Below, piece after piece: positions 9,673 through 19,127 of a stretch of 64,000 nucleotides of DNA. The DNA is taken from contig OZ252244.1 in assembly GCA_965249575.1 (NCBI GenBank), positions 544,001-608,000 of the forward strand. Direction: 5' to 3'. A model generated the notes under the pieces. The model was not told the DNA's origin, did no database searches, and saw only the letters and a program-made list of their open reading frames with translations. This stretch comes from Gemmatimonadales bacterium. GTDB lineage: Bacteria > Gemmatimonadota > Gemmatimonadetes > Gemmatimonadales > GWC2-71-9. Positions within the stretch are counted from its first letter, which is position 1. Each line of letters opens with the position of its first letter. The translations under genes and the position numbers were made by a program.

Positions 9673-12036
9673 ATGCAACTCCTTCTTTTTCTAACCGTCC
9701 TCCAGACTAGCGCCGAGCCCGTGCAGACGCCCGCACCCGCATTCGCGCCGGCGGTATTCCACGGGCGACGCAATCAGACTGACGTCGCGCTCCCGCGCCT
9801 AGAGACCGACGTCGTCATCGATGGAATACTCGACGAGGACGTGTGGCGACGCGCCGCTGTTCTTACGGGATTCTCCCAGTTCTCGCCGGTGGACGGTCGT
9901 CCGGCGGACGATTCGACCGACGTGCTCGTGTGGTACGCGCCCACGGCGATCTACTTCGGGATCCGCGCCTTCGCCGACCCGGGCACTGTCCGAGCGACCC
10001 TTGCGGACCGTGACAAGCTCACCGGCGACGACTTCTTTCAAATCCTGCTCGACACCTTCGACGACGGTCGCCAGGCGCTGGTGTTTGCCGTTAACCCGCT
10101 GGGGGTGCAGGCCGATGGTGTCCGCACGGAGTCACAGCAGGGCGCGCGACGGGGGAACAACGAGGCCACCGACGACGAAGTCGACCTCAGTCCCGACTTC
10201 GTATTCGAGTCCCGCGGCCGGCTCACCGAATGGGGTTACGCGGTAGAAGTCCGCATTCCGTTCAAGAGCATCCGGTACCGGTCCGTCGAGATCCAGCGCT
10301 GGCGACTGAATATTCTCCGGAAGGTTCAGGCAACGGGATACGAGCACACCTGGACCCCGGCGCGGCGGGCGAACGCGTCGTTCCTGGCTCAATCCGGGAG
10401 GTTGCAGGGTCTGCGATCCTTGAGCCGAGGTCTGGTACTCGACATCAACCCAGAAACGACGGCGAAAATCGACGGCACCCGGGGCACCACGGGTTGGGAT
10501 TACGAGACGACCCGGCCGGAGCTGGGCGGCAACGTCCGCTGGGGTGTGACCACGAATCTGAGCCTCGCCGCGACCGCCAATCCAGACTTCTCCAACATCG
10601 AAGCGGACGTAGCGCAGGCGCCGAGCGATCCACGGTTCGCAGTGTCGTTTCCAGAGAAACGGCCTTTCTTCCTCGAGGGAAGCGAGCAGTTCGCGGCCCG
10701 GAACTCGCTGATCTACACACGGCGGATCGCGGACCCGGTGGGCGCGCTCAAGCTTGCGGGCAAGGCTTCGGGCATCAATGTCGGGCTGCTATCCGCCGTC
10801 GACGCTCGCATTACTTCCGCCACAGGGAACGACTACCCGGTGTTCAACGTTCTGCGGCTCAAGGGAGACCTCGGGCCGCAGTCCAGCGCGGGGGTGGTGT
10901 ATACCGACCGGATCGAAGGATCGGATTACAATCGGCTGGCGGTCGCCGACGCCCGGCTCGTGTTCGGAGGCATCTACTCCTTCGAGATGCAGGCTGGGCA
11001 GAGCTTCACACGCACCGGGGGAGTGAGTACCCGAGGCCCGATTTGGGAAGGTGCCATTGATCGGAATGGTCGGAGGTTTGGCTTCAACCTCCGCGTGACC
11101 GGCATCCACCCCGACTTCGAGGCCCAGACGGGCTTCATCCGGCGGCGGGGATTCATCCAGCCGAGCTTCCGGGCGCGACACACCGTATACGGACGCCCAG
11201 GAGCCGCGCTCGAGCGCTACCAGCTCGGTTTCTTCACCTATGGATATTGGCGCTACGACGACTTCTTCGGGGAGCGGGTACCCTACGAGCATCAGCTCGG
11301 CTTCCAAAACAACTTCGTGCTGCGGGGTGGGTGGAGCTTGCGGATAAACCCGATCTGGGAATCAATCGACTTCGATCCCGATTTTTTCGCCGACTACGGG
11401 GTCGAACGCCAGCTTCCGGGCGGCTCGGTCGACACGGTCGGGTTCGTCGTCCCGGGACGCATTCACAATTGGGGAATCTCCGGTGGGTTCTCGACGCCGC
11501 AGCTCAAGCGCTTTGCCGCGTCATTCGGAGGCGTCATAGCACATGACATCGCATGGTTCGAACGCCGCGAGGCACTGCTGCTGTCCTTGCGTCCCGCGGC
11601 GACGTGGCGGCCATCCGACCGGATCCGGATCGAAGCGCAGCACACCCACCTGGAGTTCCGCCGGTTCAGCGACTGGTCGAGGTTCATCACGGCGGACATC
11701 CCGCGGCTCAAGGTCGAATACCAGGTCTCCCGGCCCCTCTTCGTGCGTCTGGTCGCGCAGTACGAGGCTCGCATTCACGATGCGTTCCGCGACCCGCGCA
11801 CGGAGGAGCCCATCCTGATCCGGCCCGGTCCCGGCCTGCCCTACGAGGCCACCCAGCGAAGCGAAACCAATCGGCTTCGCGTGGACTGGTTGTTCTCCTA
11901 CCGCCCGAACCCGGGCACCGTGCTCTTTCTGGGATACGGCTCGAGTCTCGATGAGACAAGCGCGTTCTCGTTCCGAAATCTGTCTCGTACCAGTGACGGG
12001 TTCTTCGCCAAGCTCAGCTATCTGTTTCGGATGTGA
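9673..12036 (+). CDS. CBM9-like (carbohydrate-binding family 9) + DUF5916 outer-membrane beta-barrel protein
   Basis: IDGILDEDVW, LDTFDD, NPLGVQAD, EVRIPFKSIRY, NPDFS.IEAD, FPEKRPFFLEG; C-terminal FFAKLSYLFRM beta-signal. Confidence 0.85.
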   Translation: MQLLLFLTVLQTSAEPVQTPAPAFAPAVFHGRRNQTDVALPRLETDVVIDGILDEDVWRRAAVLTGFSQFSPVDGRPADDSTDVLVWYAPTAIYFGIRAFADPGTVRATLADRDKLTGDDFFQILLDTFDDGRQALVFAVNPLGVQADGVRTESQQGARRGNNEATDDEVDLSPDFVFESRGRLTEWGYAVEVRIPFKSIRYRSVEIQRWRLNILRKVQATGYEHTWTPARRANASFLAQSGRLQGLRSLSRGLVLDINPETTAKIDGTRGTTGWDYETTRPELGGNVRWGVTTNLSLAATANPDFSNIEADVAQAPSDPRFAVSFPEKRPFFLEGSEQFAARNSLIYTRRIADPVGALKLAGKASGINVGLLSAVDARITSATGNDYPVFNVLRLKGDLGPQSSAGVVYTDRIEGSDYNRLAVADARLVFGGIYSFEMQAGQSFTRTGGVSTRGPIWEGAIDRNGRRFGFNLRVTGIHPDFEAQTGFIRRRGFIQPSFRARHTVYGRPGAALERYQLGFFTYGYWRYDDFFGERVPYEHQLGFQNNFVLRGGWSLRINPIWESIDFDPDFFADYGVERQLPGGSVDTVGFVVPGRIHNWGISGGFSTPQLKRFAASFGGVIAHDIAWFERREALLLSLRPAATWRPSDRIRIEAQHTHLEFRRFSDWSRFITADIPRLKVEYQVSRPLFVRLVAQYEARIHDAFRDPRTEEPILIRPGPGLPYEATQRSETNRLRVDWLFSYRPNPGTVLFLGYGSSLDETSAFSFRNLSRTSDGFFAKLSYLFRM

Positions 12037-12115
12037 CGACGCATTGCGCATTGGGCGATGACGAATGACAATGAAAAATGAATCTCCCCCTTCTCGGTCT
12101 TCAGAGGATATATCA

Positions 12116-13519
12116 ATGATTCGCAAGAACACCCCCGCTCCCGTGCGCCCAGCCGTGTTCGTGTTGCTCCTGCTCGTCGGTGTCGCCGGCGTGGCCCAGG
12201 CACAGTACCCTCCCGGCGAGCAGGGGAGCCGCAACGTGCGCATCATGTCCCATCTACCCCTCGGCCGTGCGTTCAGCGTATCGGACATCGAGATGGAACA
12301 GGAACTCTCGCGCCCATACGTGTACGTCGCGCGAATGTTGGTACACGGCACCGAGATCATCAGCATCAAGGATCCGGAGAACGCCGAGGTGATTTACTCG
12401 TGGCGGATCGACAATCCCGAGCTACACCAAGGGAACGGCGGGATGGACAACAAGTACTTCAAGCTCAAGGGCCGATATTACGACGTTCAGTCGTTTCAGT
12501 TCGGCCGGAGTGGTCCGGACGCCGACGTTGGGGCGGTCGTGCTAGACGTCACGAGCTTGCCCGACGTATCGAAGGTCAAGGAAGTCGGTCGTATCCGGGC
12601 GCCGGATCGACCAGGGGGCTTTCACAACATCTTCGCGTACAAGCACTCCGACGGCAGGGTGCTGCTGTTCACGACAACCACCGGACCCTCGGTGAACGTC
12701 TACGACATGGAGCGGTTCCTCGCCGGGGATTCGCGACAGGGCTACGTGGGCAGCATCCCGACGCCTGACAACGCGACGGCCGGGATGCCGGAGTTTCTCT
12801 CACGCGCACTCCCAGGGTACCACGACGTCTACGTAGGCTACGACCCCGCCACTCGCCAGGACAAGTTCTACGGTGGTGGCGCGGGTGGTTACTACATTTA
12901 CGACGTGAGCCGGGTTGAGGCACCGACACTCGTGACCTCAGTAACTGGAATGGCTGGGGTACCGTTCGGGCACACGTTCACGCCCACGCCCGATGGCCGG
13001 TATGCCGTCCTCGAGACGGAGTATCAGTACGCACCGTTGCGGATCGTGGACCTGAAACCGGGCCTGGATGGTGAGGTCAGAACAGTCTCACGACCTATCG
13101 GTGCCTGGACCGCGCGCTGGCAGGGGCTTCCGCACAATCACGAGGTGCGTTGGCCCTATGTGTTCGTCTCCCACTATGAGGATGGCCTGCACATCTTCAA
13201 CATGACGGATCCGACGAACCCGTATACCGTTGGTTACTACGACTCCTACGACGGGCCCCACCAGCGGGGGTACGGCGGAGCCAATGACCCGGAAAGTAGC
13301 ACGGGAGTCACCAGCGGAGCGTTTGGCGTGGATGTTCGCAACGCGGACGGGCTCATCGTACTGAGCGACTTCAGGACCGGCTTCTGGGCGTTCAAGATGG
13401 ACGGCTTCGACGGCTGGAACGGCCACCAATGGGGCATGCCGAACGTGTCATCGGTCCAGGACTGGGATAACGGACCGGAGGGCGCCCCAACGGCCGCGCG
13501 CGTGAGCGCGCGCGAGTGA
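12116..13519 (+). CDS. Secreted His-rich beta-propeller protein, paralog 2
   Basis: Signal peptide ending AQA-QYPPG; GGFHNIF, GYHD, FGHTF, PHNHEV; conserved tail. Confidence 0.8.
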   Translation: MIRKNTPAPVRPAVFVLLLLVGVAGVAQAQYPPGEQGSRNVRIMSHLPLGRAFSVSDIEMEQELSRPYVYVARMLVHGTEIISIKDPENAEVIYSWRIDNPELHQGNGGMDNKYFKLKGRYYDVQSFQFGRSGPDADVGAVVLDVTSLPDVSKVKEVGRIRAPDRPGGFHNIFAYKHSDGRVLLFTTTTGPSVNVYDMERFLAGDSRQGYVGSIPTPDNATAGMPEFLSRALPGYHDVYVGYDPATRQDKFYGGGAGGYYIYDVSRVEAPTLVTSVTGMAGVPFGHTFTPTPDGRYAVLETEYQYAPLRIVDLKPGLDGEVRTVSRPIGAWTARWQGLPHNHEVRWPYVFVSHYEDGLHIFNMTDPTNPYTVGYYDSYDGPHQRGYGGANDPESSTGVTSGAFGVDVRNADGLIVLSDFRTGFWAFKMDGFDGWNGHQWGMPNVSSVQDWDNGPEGAPTAARVSARE

Positions 13520-13625
13520 GGAGGGCCCCTCCCCACTCGACCCGGCCTAGTGAGCAGTAAGCGGTGACCCGTCCCCACCCGTATGCGGTTGGGACGGGGA
13601 TGGGTAGCCTCCTTAATGCTCACTT
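13520..13625 (+). repeat. Structured 3' element, copy A (homologous to 20661-20774 minus)
   Basis: Alignable over ~105 nt with copy B; nested inverted repeats. Confidence 0.75.
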
Positions 13626-13687
13626 GGGAGAGGGGAAGGAGGGTGAACGCCTCACTCGGGGTGATGGGAGGCGATGGGGCCCGCCGC

Positions 13688-15040
13688 TCAGCTCACCCTC
13701 GTCGGCCCGGTCGCCCCGTCCGGTCCATTATCCCAATCTTGCGCCGACGAGATATTCGGCACCCCCCACCGATGGCCATTCCAGCCGTCGAACCCGTCCA
13801 TTCTCATGGTCCAGAACCCCGTATACATGTCGCCGACAACGATGAGCCCGTCGGCGTTTCGCACGTCCACCCCGAACGCACCGTTGTCCACTACCGTGCC
13901 GTTCTCGGGATCGTCGATCCCTCCAAACCCCCGCTGATGGGGCCCCTCGTAGGTGTCGTAGTATCCGACAGAATACGGATTTGCCGGATCCATCACGTTG
14001 ATCACATGCAGGCCGTCCTCGTAGCCGGCCACGAACACGTACGGCCAGCGCACCTCCAAGTTGTGAACCACGTTCCGCCAGTCGGGAGTCCAGGCACCTA
14101 CCGGACGGGAAACGGTTTGCACGTCGCCCTCTAAGCCCGGCTCGAGGTCGAATACCCTTACGGGCGCGAACTGGTACGCCGTGCTCTCCAGAGCGTATCG
14201 TCCGTCGGGTGTTGGCGTAAACGTGTGCCCCCGCGTAATTCCCGCCACGCCGGCGACCGTGGTGAGGAGCCTGGGGGTCTCTGGAAGACTGACGTCGAAC
14301 ACGAAGTACGCCCCCCCGGCTCCGTAGAACTTGTCTTGGCGACTCGCCGGGTCATATCCGACGTAGAGGTCGTGGTAGACCCTGTACGTCGAGGGATCGT
14401 CTGGGAGCGGGATGCGCGATACGAGCCCGGCGTTTGGATCTCCGGCGAGAAAGCGTCCCATATCGTAAACGTTGGCGTGGCGCCCCGCGGTCGTGGTGAA
14501 CAGCAACACCCGCCCATCGGAGTGTTTGTAGGCGAAGATATTGTGAAAGCCGCCGGGGGTGTCGGCGGCACGAATGCGGCCCACCTCCTCTATGAGGCTC
14601 GTGTCCGGAAGGCCCGTGACATCCAACACGACCGCGCCCAAATCCGCGTCGGGACTGGCAGTGACGAACTGGAAGGACTGTATGTCGTAGTAACGGCCTC
14701 CCAGCTTGAAGTACTTGTTATCCATGGCGCCGACGCCGCGGTGCAGCTCGGGCTCCCCGATCCGCCAGTAGTAGAGGATCCGGGGCCTGCGCGGATCTCG
14801 AACGTCGATGATGTTGAGCCCCGCCGAGTGCGTGGACCCGTGCATGCGAGAGACATATGCGAAGGGGCGGGAGAGCTCCTGCTCGAGCTCCACATCGGTG
14901 ACGGTGAACTGACGCCCGAGCCCGATGTGAGCGAGTATGTCCATGTTCGTGCTTCCCTGCTGTCCGGGTGGGTATTGCCCACCGACGGGACTCGCCAGTA
15001 GCGACCCGAGCCCCACCAGAAATACGTAACGCCAGTACAT
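13688..15040 (-). CDS. Secreted His-rich beta-propeller protein, paralog 3
   Basis: ATG 15040 with AGGAG SD; signal peptide then QYPPGQQGS; GGFHNIF, VYHD, RGHTF, VHNLEV. Confidence 0.8.
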   Translation of the reverse strand: MYWRYVFLVGLGSLLASPVGGQYPPGQQGSTNMDILAHIGLGRQFTVTDVELEQELSRPFAYVSRMHGSTHSAGLNIIDVRDPRRPRILYYWRIGEPELHRGVGAMDNKYFKLGGRYYDIQSFQFVTASPDADLGAVVLDVTGLPDTSLIEEVGRIRAADTPGGFHNIFAYKHSDGRVLLFTTTAGRHANVYDMGRFLAGDPNAGLVSRIPLPDDPSTYRVYHDLYVGYDPASRQDKFYGAGGAYFVFDVSLPETPRLLTTVAGVAGITRGHTFTPTPDGRYALESTAYQFAPVRVFDLEPGLEGDVQTVSRPVGAWTPDWRNVVHNLEVRWPYVFVAGYEDGLHVINVMDPANPYSVGYYDTYEGPHQRGFGGIDDPENGTVVDNGAFGVDVRNADGLIVVGDMYTGFWTMRMDGFDGWNGHRWGVPNISSAQDWDNGPDGATGPTRVS

Positions 15041-15132
15041 GTCGTCTCCTGAGAAGGGCATGGCGCGGAGAGGCCCGCCCGTCAGCCGTGTGCAGCGCTG
15101 GTCAGGCGGTGTGACCTCCCCTCCGTCACCAT

Positions 15133-15522
15133 TTACCCCGGACTCTTCAAGTGCGATGGACGCGGCGTGAGTACCATCAGCACCACGCCGATAATGATCA
15201 GGGCCGGCACGTCTCCGATCAGGTTCGCTCGCTCCCCGGGATCGGCGACCGCCTGGACCAGCATGATCAACCCATGGATGAGGGTCTGCCATGCCGCAAA
15301 CCAGATCAGGCTCAAGTGCTCCAGAGGATTGCGCGCAGCGAGAAAGAGGAAAACGCCAAGCACTGCAATGGTGCCGAGGATCATCTGCTCGTACTCACTC
15401 TGGCGCGGCTCCCAGGCAAACCCAGCGGGCCACAGCTGCATGAGCGGGAAGACACCGACAACGAAGATGACACCGATGATTCTCAGCGCAATACTGAGCG
15501 CAGCCGTGTTGGGTGCGGCCAT
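15133..15522 (-). CDS. DUF6632-like four-TM membrane protein
   Basis: LWPAGFAW..QSEYEQMILG...LAARNPLEHLSLIWF...IHGLIM...DVPAL; AAGGAG SD. Confidence 0.7.
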   Translation of the reverse strand: MAAPNTAALSIALRIIGVIFVVGVFPLMQLWPAGFAWEPRQSEYEQMILGTIAVLGVFLFLAARNPLEHLSLIWFAAWQTLIHGLIMLVQAVADPGERANLIGDVPALIIIGVVLMVLTPRPSHLKSPG

Positions 15523-15747
15523 GTCAGTCTCCTTGTTCTGGGATCGGTGAGGTTCGCGTTAGCGGAAACTCCCGCGGGCCGCATCGTTCGATCACGACGC
15601 GGATCTGCCAATCTGCAGCGTGCACTCCACGTTCCGCAATTGCACACGCTGAGACACCCACGCCCCCCCCCCTGGCCGGATGAATCTTTTGGCGTCAGAC
15701 TTGACGCTGCGCATCTACCCTCCTCCCACAGGACGTGACTAACGCCC

Positions 15748-16662
15748 GTGCTCGAGATTCTGGGTTCCTTCGACGCCAAGGTCTGGCTTCTTATCTGCCT
15801 GGCCGTCGTGGCCGCGTACTTCGGATTCCAGTTCCTGAGGGCGGTTCTAAGGAGAAGGGGTAAGGCGGATACCGGGATCGCGCCGAGCGGCGGGCAACTC
15901 GCCACCGGCTTCGTGACGAACTTCTTCGACACGCTGGGGATCGGCTCCTTCGCGCCGACCACCTCCGCGTTCAAGTTCTGGCGCATGGTCCCCGATGAAC
16001 GCATCCCGGGCACGCTGAACGTCGGTCACACGCTCCCCGTGATACTTCAGACGTTCATCTACACCCGTATCGTGCCCGTCGAAGCACCAACGCTGATTCT
16101 CATGATCGGTGGAGCCGTGGCCGGCGCCTGGCTCGGCGCCGGCGTCGTCGCGGGGCTGCCACGGCGAACGATTCAACTCGGCATGGGAGGTGCGCTCGTT
16201 GCCGCCGCTGGCCTGATGGTGACCGCGCAAGTGGGTCTTCTACCCACCGGCGGCGAGGCGTTAGGGCTGCGGGGCCCTCTCCTCGGTGTTGCCGTGGCGA
16301 GCAACTTCGTGCTCGGTGCACTCATGACGTTGGGCATTGGGCTGTGCGCGCGCTGCATGATTCTGGTGAGCCTGCTCGGCATGAACCCCATCTCGGCCTT
16401 CCCGATCATGATGGGCTCCTGCGCGTTTCTCATGCCGGTCGGCAGCACCAGGTTCGTGCGCAAGGGAAGCTTCAGCGCGCGGGCCGCCATCGGACTCACC
16501 GTGGGCGGTCTGCCAGCTATCCTCCTTGCGGCGTTTCTCGTCAAATCGCTGCCGCTGACGGCCGTTCGATGGCTGGTCATCGTCGTGGTGCTCTACGCGG
16601 CGATCGCGCTGCTGCGGTCGGCGCACCTCGGCCGGGCGCCTGCCCCGGCGGCCGTGAGCTGA
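15748..16662 (+). CDS. Sulfite exporter TauE/SafE family permease
   Basis: GFVTNFFDTLGIGSFAPTT, IPGTLNVGH, AFPIMMGSCAFLMP. Confidence 0.88.
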   Translation: MLEILGSFDAKVWLLICLAVVAAYFGFQFLRAVLRRRGKADTGIAPSGGQLATGFVTNFFDTLGIGSFAPTTSAFKFWRMVPDERIPGTLNVGHTLPVILQTFIYTRIVPVEAPTLILMIGGAVAGAWLGAGVVAGLPRRTIQLGMGGALVAAAGLMVTAQVGLLPTGGEALGLRGPLLGVAVASNFVLGALMTLGIGLCARCMILVSLLGMNPISAFPIMMGSCAFLMPVGSTRFVRKGSFSARAAIGLTVGGLPAILLAAFLVKSLPLTAVRWLVIVVVLYAAIALLRSAHLGRAPAPAAVS

Positions 16663-16667
16663 ACGCC

Positions 16668-17462
16668 CTACTCCGGGGCGCGCGTTACGGATAGATCTGG
16701 ACGGCTCCGGAGGACCACGCTCTCAACGCGGGTATAGGTTTCGTTGAAGCGCTCGATGAGCGCGGCCCCGTCTTCCCGCCCATACACCTCCGTGATCACG
16801 TCCGCAAAGGGTCGCTCTGGCAATTGAAACGCGGTCCAGGTGTCGTAGATCAGCACCACCGAGGTCTGTAAGTCGGGACTACCGACCACCGGCGAAATGA
16901 ACACGTAATAGAGTGGAAAGTCTTGCTCGACGATCGCCTGATGAAACTGGATCGCAATTTCTCGAAAGCGGTCGACTTGACCGGGCTTCAGGTGATACGT
17001 CAGGAACTGCACGAGATTCACGGGCCTGCCATCGGGTAGCAGCCGTCGGTTCGTAGTGTCGCTGGCGGTAGTCATGGCGCTGATCGACTCCAACAACGGA
17101 GCCACGGTGGCCTGGAAGTGCGCCGTTCCTTCGATACCGAAACCAGCGTCGTACTCGTCGAAGTCCGCCCAGTTGTGCCCGGGTGATCGCACGAGGTAAC
17201 TGCCCAGACTGCTACCCTGGACCACCTGCCAGACGGCCCAGGACCATGGGTCCTCATGCTCCTTGCGCCACGCGGCGTGCTCCCCGAGGGCCATCTCGAA
17301 CTCGGGGCCCATGCCGACCTTCGGCGTCATCATGTAGGCGCGAGCGAGGGTGTTGGGTGCTTGCCCGTGGGCCCCTTCGCTCGCACTTACCGCGAGCAGC
17401 AACCCCAATACGGGAATCACCAGCACGCGATGCGCGTAGCCCGTCACTGTAGATGTTCGCAC
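16668..17462 (-). CDS. Secreted protein with two tandem NIPSNAP-like (alpha+beta) domains
   Basis: AGGAGG SD before GTG 17462; signal peptide; two repeats (PKVGMGPEFE / LKPGQVDRFR). Confidence 0.65.
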   Translation of the reverse strand: MRTSTVTGYAHRVLVIPVLGLLLAVSASEGAHGQAPNTLARAYMMTPKVGMGPEFEMALGEHAAWRKEHEDPWSWAVWQVVQGSSLGSYLVRSPGHNWADFDEYDAGFGIEGTAHFQATVAPLLESISAMTTASDTTNRRLLPDGRPVNLVQFLTYHLKPGQVDRFREIAIQFHQAIVEQDFPLYYVFISPVVGSPDLQTSVVLIYDTWTAFQLPERPFADVITEVYGREDGAALIERFNETYTRVESVVLRSRPDLSVTRAPE

Positions 17463-17584
17463 TGAACCTCCTGGCTGTCTGAACGGACACAAATCGGAAA
17501 ACGCGGACCGTGGTAGCGCAGCGGCGTTGGGCTGGGACCGGTTGGCGTCGCCCTGCTGGCGCGACCTACCCCCATCCCAAGGTG

Positions 17585-18160
17585 CTACTTCACGCACTCC
17601 GGGCAGAGATTGCCCAGGTCGATCCGAAGTTTGCCGCAGGACGAGCAGTAGGGCAGAAGCCCGCCCAAACGCTTCACCTCGGCCACCTGCCGCCGGAGCT
17701 CCATCTGGGCGATGACCTGCCGGGACAACGCCTCGAGCGCATCCTGTTGCCCTCGCGTGAGATTGCGCGGCACGCGGTCAATGACGCAGAGCGTTCCCAT
17801 GGCCTGTCCCTCGGAGATGCGCAGCGGGGACCCCGCATAGAACCGGATCTGTGGATCATCGAGCACGAGCGGGTTCCGCGCAAACCGATCATCCGCGAGC
17901 GCATCCGGCACGATCATCGTCTCGTTGCCCGCGATCACGTGCGCACAAAACGCCACGTCTCGGGGGGTCTGGGTGAGCTCGACGCCGACTCGGGACTTGA
18001 ACCACTGGCGAGTCGAGTCGACGAGGCTGACCATAGCGATGGGCGTTGCACAGATGTGCGCGGCCAGCAGCGTGAGATCGTCGAACGCTTGTTCTGAAGG
18101 CGTATCGAGAATCTCGTACCGCTGGAGCGCCTCGACCCGCTCGGGCTCGTCCGGTAGCAC
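17585..18160 (-). CDS. GAF-domain sensor protein with C-terminal CxxC...CxxC tail
   Basis: EPERVEALQRYEILDT, RQWFKS, FCAH, DDRFARNPLV, IRFYAGSPL, GTLCVID. Confidence 0.88.
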   Translation of the reverse strand: MLPDEPERVEALQRYEILDTPSEQAFDDLTLLAAHICATPIAMVSLVDSTRQWFKSRVGVELTQTPRDVAFCAHVIAGNETMIVPDALADDRFARNPLVLDDPQIRFYAGSPLRISEGQAMGTLCVIDRVPRNLTRGQQDALEALSRQVIAQMELRRQVAEVKRLGGLLPYCSSCGKLRIDLGNLCPECVK

Positions 18161-18392
18161 CGGCGGCTGTGGATAAGCTCGCCCGGCACGATGGGGTTTC
18201 TTTGACAGACTTCAGGCCTCCAGAGAGTGGACGGCGTAGCCCACGGAATCGGCCGTCCAAGAGCGAATATGCGTGCGCGCCGTCAAGCGAGTCAATGAAC
18301 TGACCATCACCCAACTCGTGAGCGACGTTTCTCATGTTACCTTGCGCGCCACGCATCGAACGCGGTTGGTTTTCGAATTCAGGAGGGCACAG

Positions 18393-18929
18393 GTGGCCTC
18401 ACCAGTGGGACACGCGATGGTGGGCGTTGCATCCGCGGCGGTGGTCGCCCGCGCCCTCGGAGTACCGGGCGCCCCCGCCCTGTGGATTGGGGCATTTGTC
18501 GCGTCCGGACTGCCGGACCTTGATTTGGTCTGCCATTTCCTCGGCAAGGTGGGCCCCCGCTTCCACCGCAACGCATCTCATTCCCTTATAGCACTCGGCA
18601 CGCTCCTCGCGGCCGCCTGGACGGCCGGCCGGCTCCTTGGGATTCCGCTCGACGGCGCGCTCTTCCTCCCGTGGTCGGCAGCCCTCCTCTCCCATCCCCT
18701 CCTAGATTGGGTGACCACCGGACCGTCGCTGGCAAAGCGAGGGTATGGAATCGCGCTTTTCTGGCCGCTCGGCTCGCGACGCTGGTTTCTGAGCCGCCCC
18801 CTGCTCGATCAGGGCGCCGACTGGGTGGCCTTCCGGAGCGGACGCGATGCGTGGAACGCGCTACATCCTGAAATCGTTCGTCTCGGACCTCCCTCGGCAG
18901 CAGCTATCGCATTGGCGTTGTTGATCTAA
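18393..18929 (+). CDS. Inner-membrane metal-dependent hydrolase (YdjM-like)
   Basis: SPVGH, LPDLD, HRNASHSL, SHPLLD, LFWP; AGGAGG SD. Confidence 0.85.
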   Translation: MASPVGHAMVGVASAAVVARALGVPGAPALWIGAFVASGLPDLDLVCHFLGKVGPRFHRNASHSLIALGTLLAAAWTAGRLLGIPLDGALFLPWSAALLSHPLLDWVTTGPSLAKRGYGIALFWPLGSRRWFLSRPLLDQGADWVAFRSGRDAWNALHPEIVRLGPPSAAAIALALLI

Positions 18930-19127
18930 GCGCTGTCCGCACAAAGTCCGCGTGAGGAGAATCACCCGCCCGCAATCGTGGGAGTCACTGTCTTAACATC
19001 GGTGGGCCCCCACTTTGACTTCCGGCCGGGCTGGATGTCGCCAGCTCGGTACCGAGCGCGGTCGCGACGCCACCTAGGGCGCCCCCATGCGCCGTTACGC
19101 GACCGTTTTCAGTGACGGAGGTTTTGA

